DNA from: the human T2T-CHM13v2.0 reference genome, Homo sapiens
Reading direction: 5' to 3' (one strand)
NCBI RefSeq assembly: GCF_009914755.1
Contig: NC_060926.1
DNA length: 64,000 bases
This document shows positions 52,166 to 64,000 of this stretch, piece by piece. The notes beneath the pieces are model-generated. The model was not told where the DNA came from, did no database searches, and saw only the letters and a program-made list of their open reading frames with translations. Position numbers and translations under genes: made by a program. The stretch's first letter is position 1; every line of letters starts with the position of its first letter.

Positions 52166-53298
52166 CTCTGATTTCAACTTCAGCATGTAAACAGTTTGGA
52201 AGTCATCACTCTAGTCATCACAAGAAGAAGAAAAGCCAAGCAAACTAAAAATCCATGTCATTTCTGTGATCCATCAGAGGATTAAGATCACAGGGCAAAC
52301 TACTACCCTGACATTTGGAGAGACTGGCACATATGAAGAACCACAGCCAAGATTAGCCCAAGAGTGGAAGGAACTGCACTCAGTAACTGGTAGGACCACC
52401 TAAACAATAATTTTCATGAATTGCTAAAGGTAGAGAGTATACTAGCTTGATACTTGAATGCTCCTAAAGAACCCAGTGTTAGGTGGTCCCCAACACCTAA
52501 CAGGTGGTTGGGTGGTTGGGTGGTTGGTTTGCCACCAGAACACCCACCAGGTTCTCAAAGTGAGGATCAGAGAAATATCTCCTATGTTGCAGGCAGGAGG
52601 AGTGGGTAAAAATACATTCTGAAATACATCCAACAAAAAAGAAGCCATTTTGAAATATTATCAGAGAATTCTGTGTAACAATAGCCTGTCCTCTAGGGCA
52701 ATATACTGCTTCACATCTTGGGGAAAGGCAATTAGACATTTTCCGACCTCTCTAGCCTTCTTGTCTCATGCAAGGGTGGGAAAAAAAAGCCCAAGAAATG
52801 CTTCTAAAGCTCACAGCCTGGAAACTCAGGCCCACTAAAAAACTGAGATTTAATCATAAGAATATACAATGCTTCTCTTTCTCAGCAGCTTACCATAACA
52901 TAAACAGGACTCCAGTATAATAAAAATGAATTACAACAGAGAACAGCAAGCCATGGACTGTATTTATGAAGAAGTTCTTAGGGAAACCCAAACAACAGAG
53001 GAGAAAAAAAAACAAAATATACAAGGAAGCTGGAGGATACCAAAACCTCTGGAGCCTGAAACTACAACAAATAAATACACTGAAGCTCCTTGCCAAATTA
53101 ACATAAAACCTTACACTAAAAGCCTAATTAACCTCATTTCCTATTACCCAATATGTCATGCCCACTTTCAATTAAAAATTGCAAGGCATGCTGAAAGACA
53201 AGGAAAAACACAAGAAGAGGGAAAGCAAGCAGCAGACTTAGAGATGAGACAGCTTTTGGAATCATTATATAGGGAAATTATGATAACTATGTTTAATA

Positions 53299-54622
53299 TG
53301 AGGGGACTTCAAAAAGCTCACAAAAAATGCATATTATGAGAAAACTGTGCATGGATTCCAAAAATTGCCTGTACCAAAATAAACTCATAATGGCTTTTTA
53401 CAACATGTCAGAACAGGATCTAGCCTGAGGCACTCGAAGAAGGATAAGAATCAGTTTGAAAGGAGCCCCTATCAGAGCAACATGAATTCTACTAAAATTG
53501 AAGCAAGAATAAACATCAAATCTATGGTGAAGCTTTGGTGGAAGAATGGTGAAGTCACTAGTGCTTTACAAAAAGTTTATGGGGACAGTACTCCAAAGAA
53601 AACAGTTTACAAATGGACAACTCATTTTAAAAAGGGATGAGACAATGTTGAGGATGAAGCCCACAGCAGATCATCCACATCAATTTGAGAGGAAACAATT
53701 AATCTTATTCATACCCTAATTGAAGAGGCCCGACAATTAACAGCAGAAACAATAGCTGACACCATAGACATCTCAATTGGTTCAGCTTACACAATTGGGA
53801 TTGAAAAATTAAAGTTCTGCAAGGTTTCTATTTGATGGTTGCCAAAACCACTGCACCCAAATTAGCTGCGGTAAGAGCAGAGCATTCAATGGATTTTTAA
53901 AAATGAGATCAAGATCCTGAAGCATTTTTTGACAAACTGTAACAGGAGAAGAAACATGGCTTTACCAGTATGATCTTGAAGACCAAGGACTATCAAAGCA
54001 ATAGCTACCAAGAGGTGGAAATGGTCCAGTCAAAACAAAAGTGGGCCAGTCAAGAGCAGAGGTCGTGGCAACAATTTTTTGAGATACTAAAGGCATTTTG
54101 CTTGCTTACTTTCTGGAGGGCCAAATAATGATAACATCTACTTATTATGAGAATGTTCTGAGAAAGTTAGCCAAAGCTTCAAGAAAAAAAAAAAAAAAGT
54201 TTGGGAAAGCTTCACCAGAGAGTCCTTCTCCACCATGACAATGCTACTGTCTGCAGTGCTACTCCACAGTGACAATGCTCATTCCTCTCATCAAATAAGG
54301 GCAGTTTTGCAAGGGTTTTGATGGGAAATTTGTAGGCACCCAGCTTATAGTTCTATTTGGCTCCTTCTGACATATTTTTGCTTCCTACTCTTAAAATACC
54401 TATAAAGGGCACCCATTTCTCTTCAATTAAAAAAGTAAATAGACTACATTGGCATGGTTAAATTCCCAGGGCCCTTAGTTTTTTATTGATAGACTAAGTG
54501 GCCGGTATCATTGCTTACAAAAGTGTCTGGACCTTGATGGAGTTTATGTTAGAAAACAAAGCTTATATTTTTTATTTTTATTGTTGAATTCAAATTTTCC
54601 ATAAACTTTTGAAGTCCCCTCA
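53299..54622 (+). mobile_element. HSMAR2 mariner transposon, full length (1324 bp)
   Basis: TIRs tgaggggacttcaaaaag / cttttgaagtcccctca; TA TSD at 53297-53298 and 54623-54624. Confidence 0.95.
53482..54560 (+). pseudogene. Degenerate Hsmar2 transposase
   Basis: Begins MNSTKIEARINIKSMVKLWWKNGE; motifs WLPKP, VTGEETWLYQYD, HHDNA and APSD are recognisable; multiple stops and frameshifts. Confidence 0.9.
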
Positions 54623-55143
54623 TATGCTAAGGGCTTTAATGGAAAAGCAGACAATATGCAAGAACAGATGGTTAATCTAAGAAGCAAGATTGACACTTTA
54701 AGAATCAGAAGGAAATGCTAGAAATAAACACTGTAACAGAAGACTTTTAAAAATTTATTTGCTAGGCTAATCAGTAGGCTAGACATGGCTGAAGAAAGTC
54801 AGTGAGCTTGAAAAGATGTCAAACTGAAATGCAAAGAGAAAAAAGAAATGAAAAATGGAACAGAATATCCAATAACTGTGGGATAATTACAAAAGATATC
54901 ACATGAATATAATGGGAATACCAGAAAGAGAAAAAGAAACAGAAGAAATATTTGAGTTAATAATGCCCGAGAATTTTCCAAAATTAATGCCAGACACCCA
55001 ACCCCTAATCTAGAAAGTTCACAGACCACCAAGCAAGATAAATGCTGAAAGATCTATAGCTAGGTATACCATATACAAATTACAGAAAACCAAAGACAGA
55101 GAAAATCATGAAAGTGGCCCTAAAATAAAAACACCTTATTTAA

Positions 55144-55515
<372 letters not shown>

Positions 55516-56119
55516 TGGAGTGAAATATTTAAAGTGTGACAATAACCCACCAAGCTACAATTATTATCCATAGAAATTTTCCTTCAAAAGTAAAGGAACA
55601 ATAAAGACTTTCTCAGACAAACAGCAACTGAGGGAATTTGTGAGCAATAGACTTGCCTTGAAAGGAATGTTAAAAGAAGTTCTTCAGAAAGAAGGGAAAT
55701 TATGGAAGTTAGAAACCTGGGTCCACATAAAGAATAAAAAAAAAATCAGAGAAGGGATAAATGAAGGTAAAATAAAATATTTTATTTTCCTCATTCTTAA
55801 TTAATTCCTTAGAGTATTAATAGCTAGCAATGTGTTGCATCATTATAGCATACGAATACATGAGAAAAATGACAGCAAGGGTATTGGGGATGAAAGAGAG
55901 ACACTGAGAATACTCTGTTACAAGGCACTGGCACTACCCAGGAAGTGCTATAGTGATGCTTGTAATGGACTAAGATTGGTTGTGAGTGTATCCTGGAAAC
56001 TCTAGGGCAAACATGGAAGAAACAACTTAGGGCTCTACCCATCGCAAAGCTACTATACCAGTCCTGGAGAGTTTATGTTTATGTGAGGGAGAAATTAATT
56101 TCTATTTTATTTAAGCCTT

Positions 56120-56275
56120 ATTTTTTTGATCATGACAAGAACATTTAAGATGAGATTTACTCTATTAACAAATGTTTATGTGCACAATGCCATGTTGTTA
56201 ATTGTAGGCACAATATTGTGAGCAGAGCTCTAGAATTTATTTATCTTGTGTAAGTGAAACTACATACATTGAAGG
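56120..56275 (-). mobile_element. L1MA9-like 3' end
   Basis: aagaacatttaagatgagatttactct...tctagaatttatttatcttg. Confidence 0.75.
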
Positions 56276-56349
56276 GCAGGGGCCTGTTTTTTAAAGTTGT
56301 TTTGTTTTGTCATATACAGCCAAATAAAATGAATACTAATAATAAATAA

Positions 56350-57930
56350 TAAAAACTGGCTTATGAATATATAGAAAAACTGCAGGGTTTTATAACTATT
56401 AAAAAATTAAATCAGTGCTTCAGGTCTTCCCACAAGGATCAAACAGGGTGCAAATGAATAAACAGGTTAATTCTACAAAGCTTTGATAGAAGAAAGAATT
56501 GCAGTCCCACAGCAACCAATTTTAGGATGTGTAACACGGAACACTCCCTAACGCTGAGATCAGGATAGCTTTGATAGAAACGTCTGAAAAGAACAGTATA
56601 AGGAAAGAAAGTGCCAGGCCACTTCTAATGATAGAGGAAAATCCAAAACAAACTCTTGGCAAACTGAATTGGACGATGTATAACAAATTGATAATTAATA
56701 CTTTATGACAAGCTGTCTTTATTCCAAGAATGTAAGGTTGGTTCAAAATAGAAAATCTTTTCATGTGATTTGCCATGTGTATTAGTTTTCCATTACTGAT
56801 GTAATAAATCCTGAAAATTTATCATATTATAGTTCTGAAGCTCAGAAGTCAGATGGAGGCCTCACTGCACTAAAATGAGGGTGCCGACGAGGCTGAATTA
56901 TTTTCTGGAGGCTGCAGTGGACAATTTGTTTCCTTGGTCATTCGGATTGTTGGCAAAATCCAGTACCCTGTGGCTGTAGCACCGAGGTCTCTGTTCTCTT
57001 ACTGGCCATAAACTGTGTGCTGATTCCAGCTTTGGGAGGCCATGGCATTCCTTGGCTCATGGTTTCCTTTCTCCTTCTTCCCAGCCAACAATGGTGGGTT
57101 AGTCCAATACTGCATCTCTCTGACCCACTCTTTCCCGCCCTCTTCCATTTTTAAGGATCATGTAATTAGACGGGGCTCACCTCTATCACCCAGGATGATA
57201 TCCCCACCTCAACATCTTTAAACTTGATCCCTTCTGCAGAGTTCCTTTTGCCATGTGGGCTAACAAACTCACAGCTGCCAGGGATGAGATCATGGACGAT
57301 GTGCCTACTGCATCATACTAAGAAACAGAGGGAAGAAAACTGTGGAATCATCACAATGAATTTTAAAGTAATATTTGAAGACATTAAACATTTTATCATT
57401 ATTAATCTCTTACGAATGGATAAATTATGTATTTTAAAGAATTCCTTCAGAAAATATCATGCTCAATGATAAAATACTAAAAGTATTCCCCCAAAGATAT
57501 GAGGAAAGACAAGGATACCAGCTATCCACTCTTATTTTAACCATTTACTGGTTGTTCTAGCCAATAAACTAGTATAAGACAAAGCAGGAGTACGAGGTTT
57601 GGAAAGGAGAAAGTAAACTATCATTAACTTCAAGTAATATAATTGTTTTCACAGAAAAGCCAAAAAAACTATAAAAATTGCTTACATTAATAATTTATAT
57701 TTTTTTCTGATATTAATAAAAGACAATTGTATTTTATACACCAGCCATAGTTTTAAAACATGCAGTTTCAATAAAATACATAGTTTGCAAGTGAAGTAAG
57801 GAAATACAAGGTATTCAAATCTGTGCAAATCTGTGCAAAGCAAATATGGAAAAGTTATAAAATATTTTTCAAATACTTTTTAAAAAATGCTAAATAAATT
57901 GGGAGACATGTTTATGAATAGGAACATTTC
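56350..57930 (+). mobile_element. L1ME ORF2 fragment (split by an MLT1 LTR)
   Basis: ttattccaagaatgtaaggttggttcaa; aagacaaggatacc...gttctagcc. Confidence 0.7.
56778..57312 (-). mobile_element. MLT1E-type MaLR LTR
   Basis: tgtattagttttccattactg...agttctgaagctcagaagtc...cattccttggctcatgg...gcctactgca. Confidence 0.82.
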
Positions 57931-58729
57931 CTTCTTTCCTGAGGTCATTTGGAGCCATGACTGTGATTTGTCACATTTGCTTCCTAGTGGCGTTTGTCCA
58001 ATCAGTTGGGGAGGAGCACAAATGGACTGAATGGAAGGAGGATGGAAAGCTCATGGAGCCACAGCCTCACCTCAAATTCCTTTCACTCCTGGGTTCAGAG
58101 ATTTCAGATGAGGCCCTGAGGTTATTGGATATCTTGGGTTTGATTTACCCTTGTGCTTTCGGGTTTATTCCAGGAGTCAGTATACTTAATATATGCAAAT
58201 TTTGTTTTTTACTAATTCTGGGTAATCTTCACTCCAGAGTGATAATTTAATTAGCTTTAGTCTTCAGTAACAAAGTTCTTTGAAATTATTTGCCCTGAGA
58301 CTGAAAATCCCTGTCAAGGAAATCTCTGTTGTCAGAATATAGGCTTTGCTGCCCTCTGCTGTTGGATAGGGGTAACTCTTCACCGAAGAAGACTGTGGAG
58401 CCAGGAGACCCTCGAAGGGAGGCAAAGGCCAAGGATGAGGAGTCAGGAGGAGAATGGCTCTTATTCTGGACACTGGCATAGGTGATACAGCCATGCACAT
58501 CTCTTCCATGGAATTAGGAGGAATTTCTGCAAACCTTCAAGGACTTCATGGATGTTTGATAAGAAATTTTGCAAAAGAATGTATTTCCAACTAGAAAGTG
58601 CAACATGATTTTAAAATATGTAATACCAGTATGCTTATTGATAGTTGTGTTTTTTCTGTATCACAAACTACCAGATGCTCCATCCATTTCTCTTTGGTCC
58701 ACATCTTAGATCCACCGCTGACATCAACT

Positions 58730-59164
58730 GGATTGATTGGATTATCTGGAGATCATTATGAAACAAAGAGTAGCATATAGATGGTTTATGGGTGATTACT
58801 CTCAGAAGGTGCACCTATGAAGAAGTTACACAGACAGAATTGTGCAGAAAGAGAAGCCGAATAACAACATAGTTAGAACTGCTGCCACAGCCAGTCTCAT
58901 GGGGAGCTCTGGAGCTGAGATGGCCTTTTGGAATTGTCCCAAATTAAGGGAGACTGGGCCTTTGTGTCCCTGCATTGGCCAATTATTGGCCATGGGCGAG
59001 CTCCTGTGAGGTGTATAACCTTGGACAAACCAGTTCCCTAAAGTCAAGTGCAATTTTCTGTCAGGGTCACATTATAAATTAGCAGCTGATATTTCCAGAC
59101 GCTGAGACCAGGCTATGTTGGCCCTGAAGTGGGGATCTGGACTGTGTAACACAGTATCTATTCA
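58730..59164 (-). mobile_element. LTR16-type ERVL LTR
   Basis: ggggagctctggagctgagatggcc...aattgtccc...ggggatctgg. Confidence 0.75.
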
Positions 59165-59479
59165 GTGAGTCTTGTTAGGAAACTATGGAATCTAAAAATT
59201 AATGAAATCTCTAGTTGAAGGGTGTCTACATTCCAGTGTTAGGTTTCATTTGATGTTACTTGAGCTGAGCTTGGAGAAATGGAAGTCTTTACACAAGAGG
59301 ATGCATTAGAGAAGGTCAGACATATGATGTAAATGACATAAAGGGTTAGAGGAAGAACATTACAGAAGTCTCTGCAACAGCAATATTCTGAATAAACAGG
59401 TAACTATTGTGAAGAGGAACAGGAAGGTGTAAGGTTGGTAAGATTCAGCCAAATCAAAGATATAAGTTTTAGAGATTGT

Positions 59480-59650
59480 TCATAGCTGACTAGAGACCAC
59501 CGCCTCATCTCACCACAGTATGACTAGCTGTGTGGTATTAGGCAAGTTACTCAATCTCTGAGAGCTTCAGTTTGCTTATCAGTGTCAACAGGGAATAATA
59601 ATAGTACCTTCCTCAGACAGTTTCAGTGAAAATTCGAGACCTACATAAAG
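59480..59650 (+). mobile_element. MIR SINE
   Basis: actagctgtgtgg...ggcaagttactcaatctctgagagcttcagttt. Confidence 0.8.
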
Positions 59651-59707
59651 CTGGAACCCCAAAGGCTACAACCTTAGTGTTAGGGATGAACAGCAAGTAA
59701 ATCTTAC

Positions 59708-59730
59708 GTGTTTGTGTGTGTGTGTGTGTG
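59708..59730. repeat. (TG)n microsatellite
   Basis: Direct reading. Confidence 0.9.
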
Positions 59731-59819
59731 CAGGCACGTGCACACCTGGGCATGTTATATGTGCACATATTTACATATGCATATCTACATCTATGTAATG
59801 TCCATCCGTATCTGTATAT

Positions 59820-60039
59820 CGGTGGTTTTCAATTGGGAGTGATTTTTCTTCCATGGAGATATTTGGCAATGTCTTGAGACATATTTGGTTGTCGTGGAGT
59901 GGGAGTGTTGCTGGCATCTAGTGGGTGGAGACCACAGGAGACGCTGCTAAATACCCTATGGTCCTGACAGGACAGTCCCTGTCAAGAAAAAAAATGACCT
60001 GACCCAAAATGTCAGTAGGGCTAATGTTGAGAGATTCTG
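59820..60039 (+). mobile_element. MER20 hAT MITE
   Basis: atttggcaatgtcttgagac...ctggcatctagtgggtggag...cccaaaatgtca. Confidence 0.9.
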
Positions 60040-60070
60040 TATCTCTATATCATCTGTCTATTTTTCACAT

Positions 60071-60451
60071 CAGGAGCCTCTAACCCCCAGGTCATGGACC
60101 AGTACCAGTGCGTGGCCTGTTAGGAACCAGGCTGCACAGCAGGAGGTAAGCTGCAGGCGAGGGAGGGAAGCATAATCTGTATTTACAGCCACTCCGCATC
60201 GTTCACATGACCGCCTAGAGCTCCGCCTCCTGTCACATCAGTGGAGGCATTAGTTTCTCAGGAGCCTGAACCCTATTGCAAACTGCACATGAGAGGGATC
60301 TAGGTTACGTGCTCCTTATGAGAATCTAACTAATAATGCCTGATGATCTGAGGTGGAACAGTTTCATCCAGAAACCACTCACCCCCCAATCTGTGGAAAA
60401 ACTGTCTTCCACAAAACCAGTCCCTGGTGCCGAAAAGGGTGGGGACCACTG
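60071..60451 (+). mobile_element. MER1 (A/B) hAT MITE
   Basis: tggcctgttaggaacc...ccagtccctggtgccgaaaagggtggggaccactg; 8-bp TSD ttt(c/t)acat. Confidence 0.92.
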
Positions 60452-61634
60452 TTTTACATCATAGCTCATTTGTCACTGGGTATAACCCAGCGTAAAAAAA
60501 AAAACAAAAAAAAAAAACTATAATTATTGTTCTGATGATTCCAGGGAACAGAAGACATTTCCAGGTTCCTACTGCAATATCTATTCCCTAGTTCTTTATT
60601 AACAGAGCCCGTTTTTCATAATGCAGCATGTCTGGCTCATTTCTCAGTTTGCTTGCACCAAGGGTGGTCATGTTGCACAATTCTGGTGAATGAACTGTCA
60701 GTTGAAGTCTTCTAGAAAAGCTAATGTTTTCCTGACAAAAAGGAAGATACTAAAATAATACACTTTGTTTTCTTTCCATTGTCATTTCCATGCCTTCCTG
60801 CCTGCAATGCCCAAAAGACTGTTAGACGTATAGCAGCCACCTAAAAATCATGCAGGTAAAAGCCAAACATAGGACCAGTAGAGCAGAAAGAGAAAAAGGA
60901 ACCATGTAGGGTGGGTGGGAGGTGGGGGTGGATTCTGTTTCCTGCAATATTATGCACTAGGTATCCCAAAGGCATCACCCCAAGAAAAAATGACTTTTAA
61001 AAATCCATGTAATATGTTGGAAACAAAGATCTCTTCCTTTAGCTCATTCTGCAAGAAAGTAACAATTCCTTAGAAACCCAAAAGGAAGTGAGATAAGTGA
61101 ATGCTGATCCTAGCTTTTATTTCAGGGAATCGGTCAAGCCCTGTTGCCTTTAAACTTCCATTTTTATGGTTGCATGTGGTTCATAAAATAGGAAATAAAC
61201 CCAAAGCCCGTTCAAGGTGGTGAGTCAACTAGGAATTGCCCACATGAAGTTGAGACCCCAAAGAAACACATTTTTTTGTGGTAAACAAAAACAAACCTAC
61301 AGCACCGAAGAAGATGGCAAGGAAACACACATATTTCAATGTTAGCATTGCAGGAAAAAAGGTTTAACCTAAGAATTTATAACCATAAACCATTTCTCAC
61401 AAGCAGATAATTTGCATTAAAGTTAGCCTTGATTGATAGTGTTCCAGGAAACTGGAAGAAACAGACAGAAATTCTCTCTGGAAAAATGCAACTTCAACCC
61501 AAGCCTTAAAGTATTCCCAAAGATGAAGTTATAAAGAATGTGAACTCATGGTGAAAATAAAATAATTTACCATGAATAACAGCCAGCAGCCACAGATAAT
61601 AGTGTTAGATCCACAAGAATTCCAGAAGCCTGTT

Positions 61635-61948
61635 TACATTTGTTTAACAAAAATCTTTGGAACTAGATATGGTTCAAAATTCAAATCTTTTTGGGATTAC
61701 AGAAATGTAATAGAGTTTATTTATGGTAGTTCCAGAAGAGCTTGCATGGGGTCTGTAGCAATACTACATAATGAAAAACATCAGAGCAGAATATACAAAG
61801 TGGTTAGAAACACAGCCTTTAAACAGCCTATGGCAATGCAGCTAGAATTTTGCTCATGAACAGATATTGTCTACCCTCCTGATGAAAATGAAATTGTATT
61901 TTCAGAACTTTTTAATGGAAGAATCTCACATAAGGGATTGTGAAATTG
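61635..61948 (+). mobile_element. MER46C (Tigger family)
   Basis: ttggaactagatatggttc...ggggtctgtagca...ataagggattgtgaaattg. Confidence 0.6.
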
Positions 61949-61949
61949 A

Positions 61950-63965
61950 ATTGGAATATCCAATGCAGGATGTAAAATAAGTATATTTAATATGTTTTGG
62001 TAATAAAAAAGACTTGAAAATATGAGCAAGTAACAAGAGAATATTAAAGCAAATTTGTAAAATAACCAAATAGAACATCTAGAAAAAATATAAATGAAAC
62101 TTAAAATATAATAGATTAAACCGGAAGATTAGTCAAAGGCTAGTCAAAGAAAAAACTAGTAAACTGGTTTTACTCAGGAGGAAGGTCAGCTAATTAATTA
62201 AGAGTTTGTTAAGTATGCATATGAAATTATCTAAAAATAGCTACAAAAACATAACTACTAAATTAGCTTAGGGAGTAAAAGTATAATTAGAAAAAGCACA
62301 AATTAAATACAAAAGAAGGAAAAAATGCTTTCCAAACAAAACTGAAAACGTCAAAGAACAATATTAATTACCACAAATGTAAATGGATCTTACTTTCATT
62401 AAAAGAAAATGACTTTCAGCCTGTATTTTTAAAACCTCAACTCTGTGCTGTTTAAATAAAATACCCCTGAAATATAAGGACAGAGAAGGGTTTAAATTAA
62501 AAATTTAGAAAAATGAATGTACTAAACAATATTAACCTAAGTAAAACTGGTGATCCTATATTAATATCGGGCAACTGGGAACTTCAGCTTTTGGCTATGA
62601 GGGAATGCCTGGTTCCAGACTTTCCCTCCACTGCAAACAACCAGACAACTGAGCTTTTAAATATATAAAATAACTACATTCACACATTAGACAACCGGCA
62701 GAATAAAACTGGGACCACAGAGACAAGGGAAATCGGCAAAGTAAGCCCTGATGGCGCCGCCTTTCTGTATGGAGGCACTTTCTGGGCAGCAGCACAAGGT
62801 GAGAATGATTACAGGAGCACGGTGGACTCGCTCAGATGACGAGACACGTATTTGAAATCTGGGAGGCTGAGTTGGTGGTAATTTCCAGGGCAGAATACAG
62901 GACAGAAGGAAGCTATGCAGAGAAAGAGGTCCAGATATCTGCAAAGGGGCTTCCTTGAGTTTTTGGTAAACATTAAGCTATAAACACATAGGGTCACACT
63001 TCATGAGGCTAGGCAAAGAAGGAATACCAAGTTGTAAGCTGAGTAAATTACTCCACACAGAACTGCTGGTAAATGTTCAAGGTGCCACCTCTCAGTAACT
63101 GATAGAACAAGTAGACACAAAATTGATGAGGTTCTCAAACACCTGAAGATCAGTATCAAACAGTCTTTATCAACATTCAGAGGGTGATAAACCAACAAGA
63201 TACACGTTCTTTTTGAGAACATATAAAACAATTATGAGAACGATCATATGCGAGTAACTATAAATTTTAAATGGTTAAAATCAAAGGGAGTATTTTCTAT
63301 GACTTCAATGGAACCTAATTAGAAACCAGTAACAAGATATCTAGAAAATCCCCAAATATTATTTTAAAAAAACACAATATACTTTTAAACAATCTATGGA
63401 TCAAAATGAAAATTATAAGGGAAACTAGAAACTTTTGATTTGAATACTAATGAAAACACATATCAAAATTTGTGGGATAGAAAAAATGGTGTCTAGAGGA
63501 AATTTGTACCATTAAATATTCATATTAGAAAAAAAGAAAGGTCTGTAATCATTGTTCTAAACTTCTACCTTAAGAAGCCAGTAACAGATGAGTAAATTAA
63601 ACCCAAAATAATTAGAAAGAAATAAATGATACAGATTATAGGAAAATCAATGCAATCGAGTACAGAAATTTAATAGAGAAAAAAACAATGAAACCAAAAC
63701 CTGGGCTGATCAGGAAAAAAGAGAGAAGATAGAAATTACCAATATTAGGAATAAAAGAGCATGACTACAGACCCTAAAGAGATTACTCAGATAACCAGAC
63801 AATAGTATGAGCAAATATATTGTGTCACAAACAAATTTGCCAACTTAGATGAATTTGACAAATTCCTTAAAGGATACACATTTTAGAAACTGGTATAAGG
63901 ATAAATAGAAAATTTGATTCACTTTATATCTATTAAAAAACTTAATCTATAAATGTTCTCCTGCG
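61950..63965 (+). mobile_element. L1M fragments (ORF1 remnant, a 5'-end segment, ORF2 endonuclease region)
   Basis: aatgtaaatgga, atcaaaatttgtgggata, acttagatgaatttgacaaattcctt motifs. Confidence 0.75.
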
Positions 63966-64000
63966 GATAAATACTTTGTTTCAGTTTTTGTAATAAATAT

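Noticed and set aside
52926-53339. 137-aa ORF running into the HSMAR2 TIR; considered as a SETMAR-like fusion
   Set aside because: L1-derived chance frame that stops before the transposase, which is itself disrupted.

Overview
Human-type non-coding genomic DNA: AT-rich, CpG-depleted, with no CpG island. The species call rests on an Alu carrying all six AluYg6 diagnostic changes, a human-specific subfamily. I find no credible protein-coding gene, structural RNA gene or CRISPR array; the supplied ORFs are mostly Alu/LTR/L1 read-throughs or chance frames. Much of the window is interspersed repeat: six Alus, long nested L1M fossils, L1PA/PB stubs, L2/MIR/L3, ERV1 LTRs (MER52, MER41A, LTR9 family), MaLR/ERVL LTRs, and DNA transposons including a full-length HSMAR2 mariner. 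Repeat names come from remembered consensus sequences, so old-element subfamilies and boundaries are approximate. I see no evidence of a new multi-gene system. The most interesting structures are: (i) a ~320-bp local templated duplication with a 13-bp target-site-like repeat; (ii) a micro-inversion with a perfect 21-bp inverted repeat inside MER52; (iii) a young AluYg6; (iv) the HSMAR2 with a patchwork insertion at its catalytic motif; (v) candidate regulatory sites and non-coding exons.
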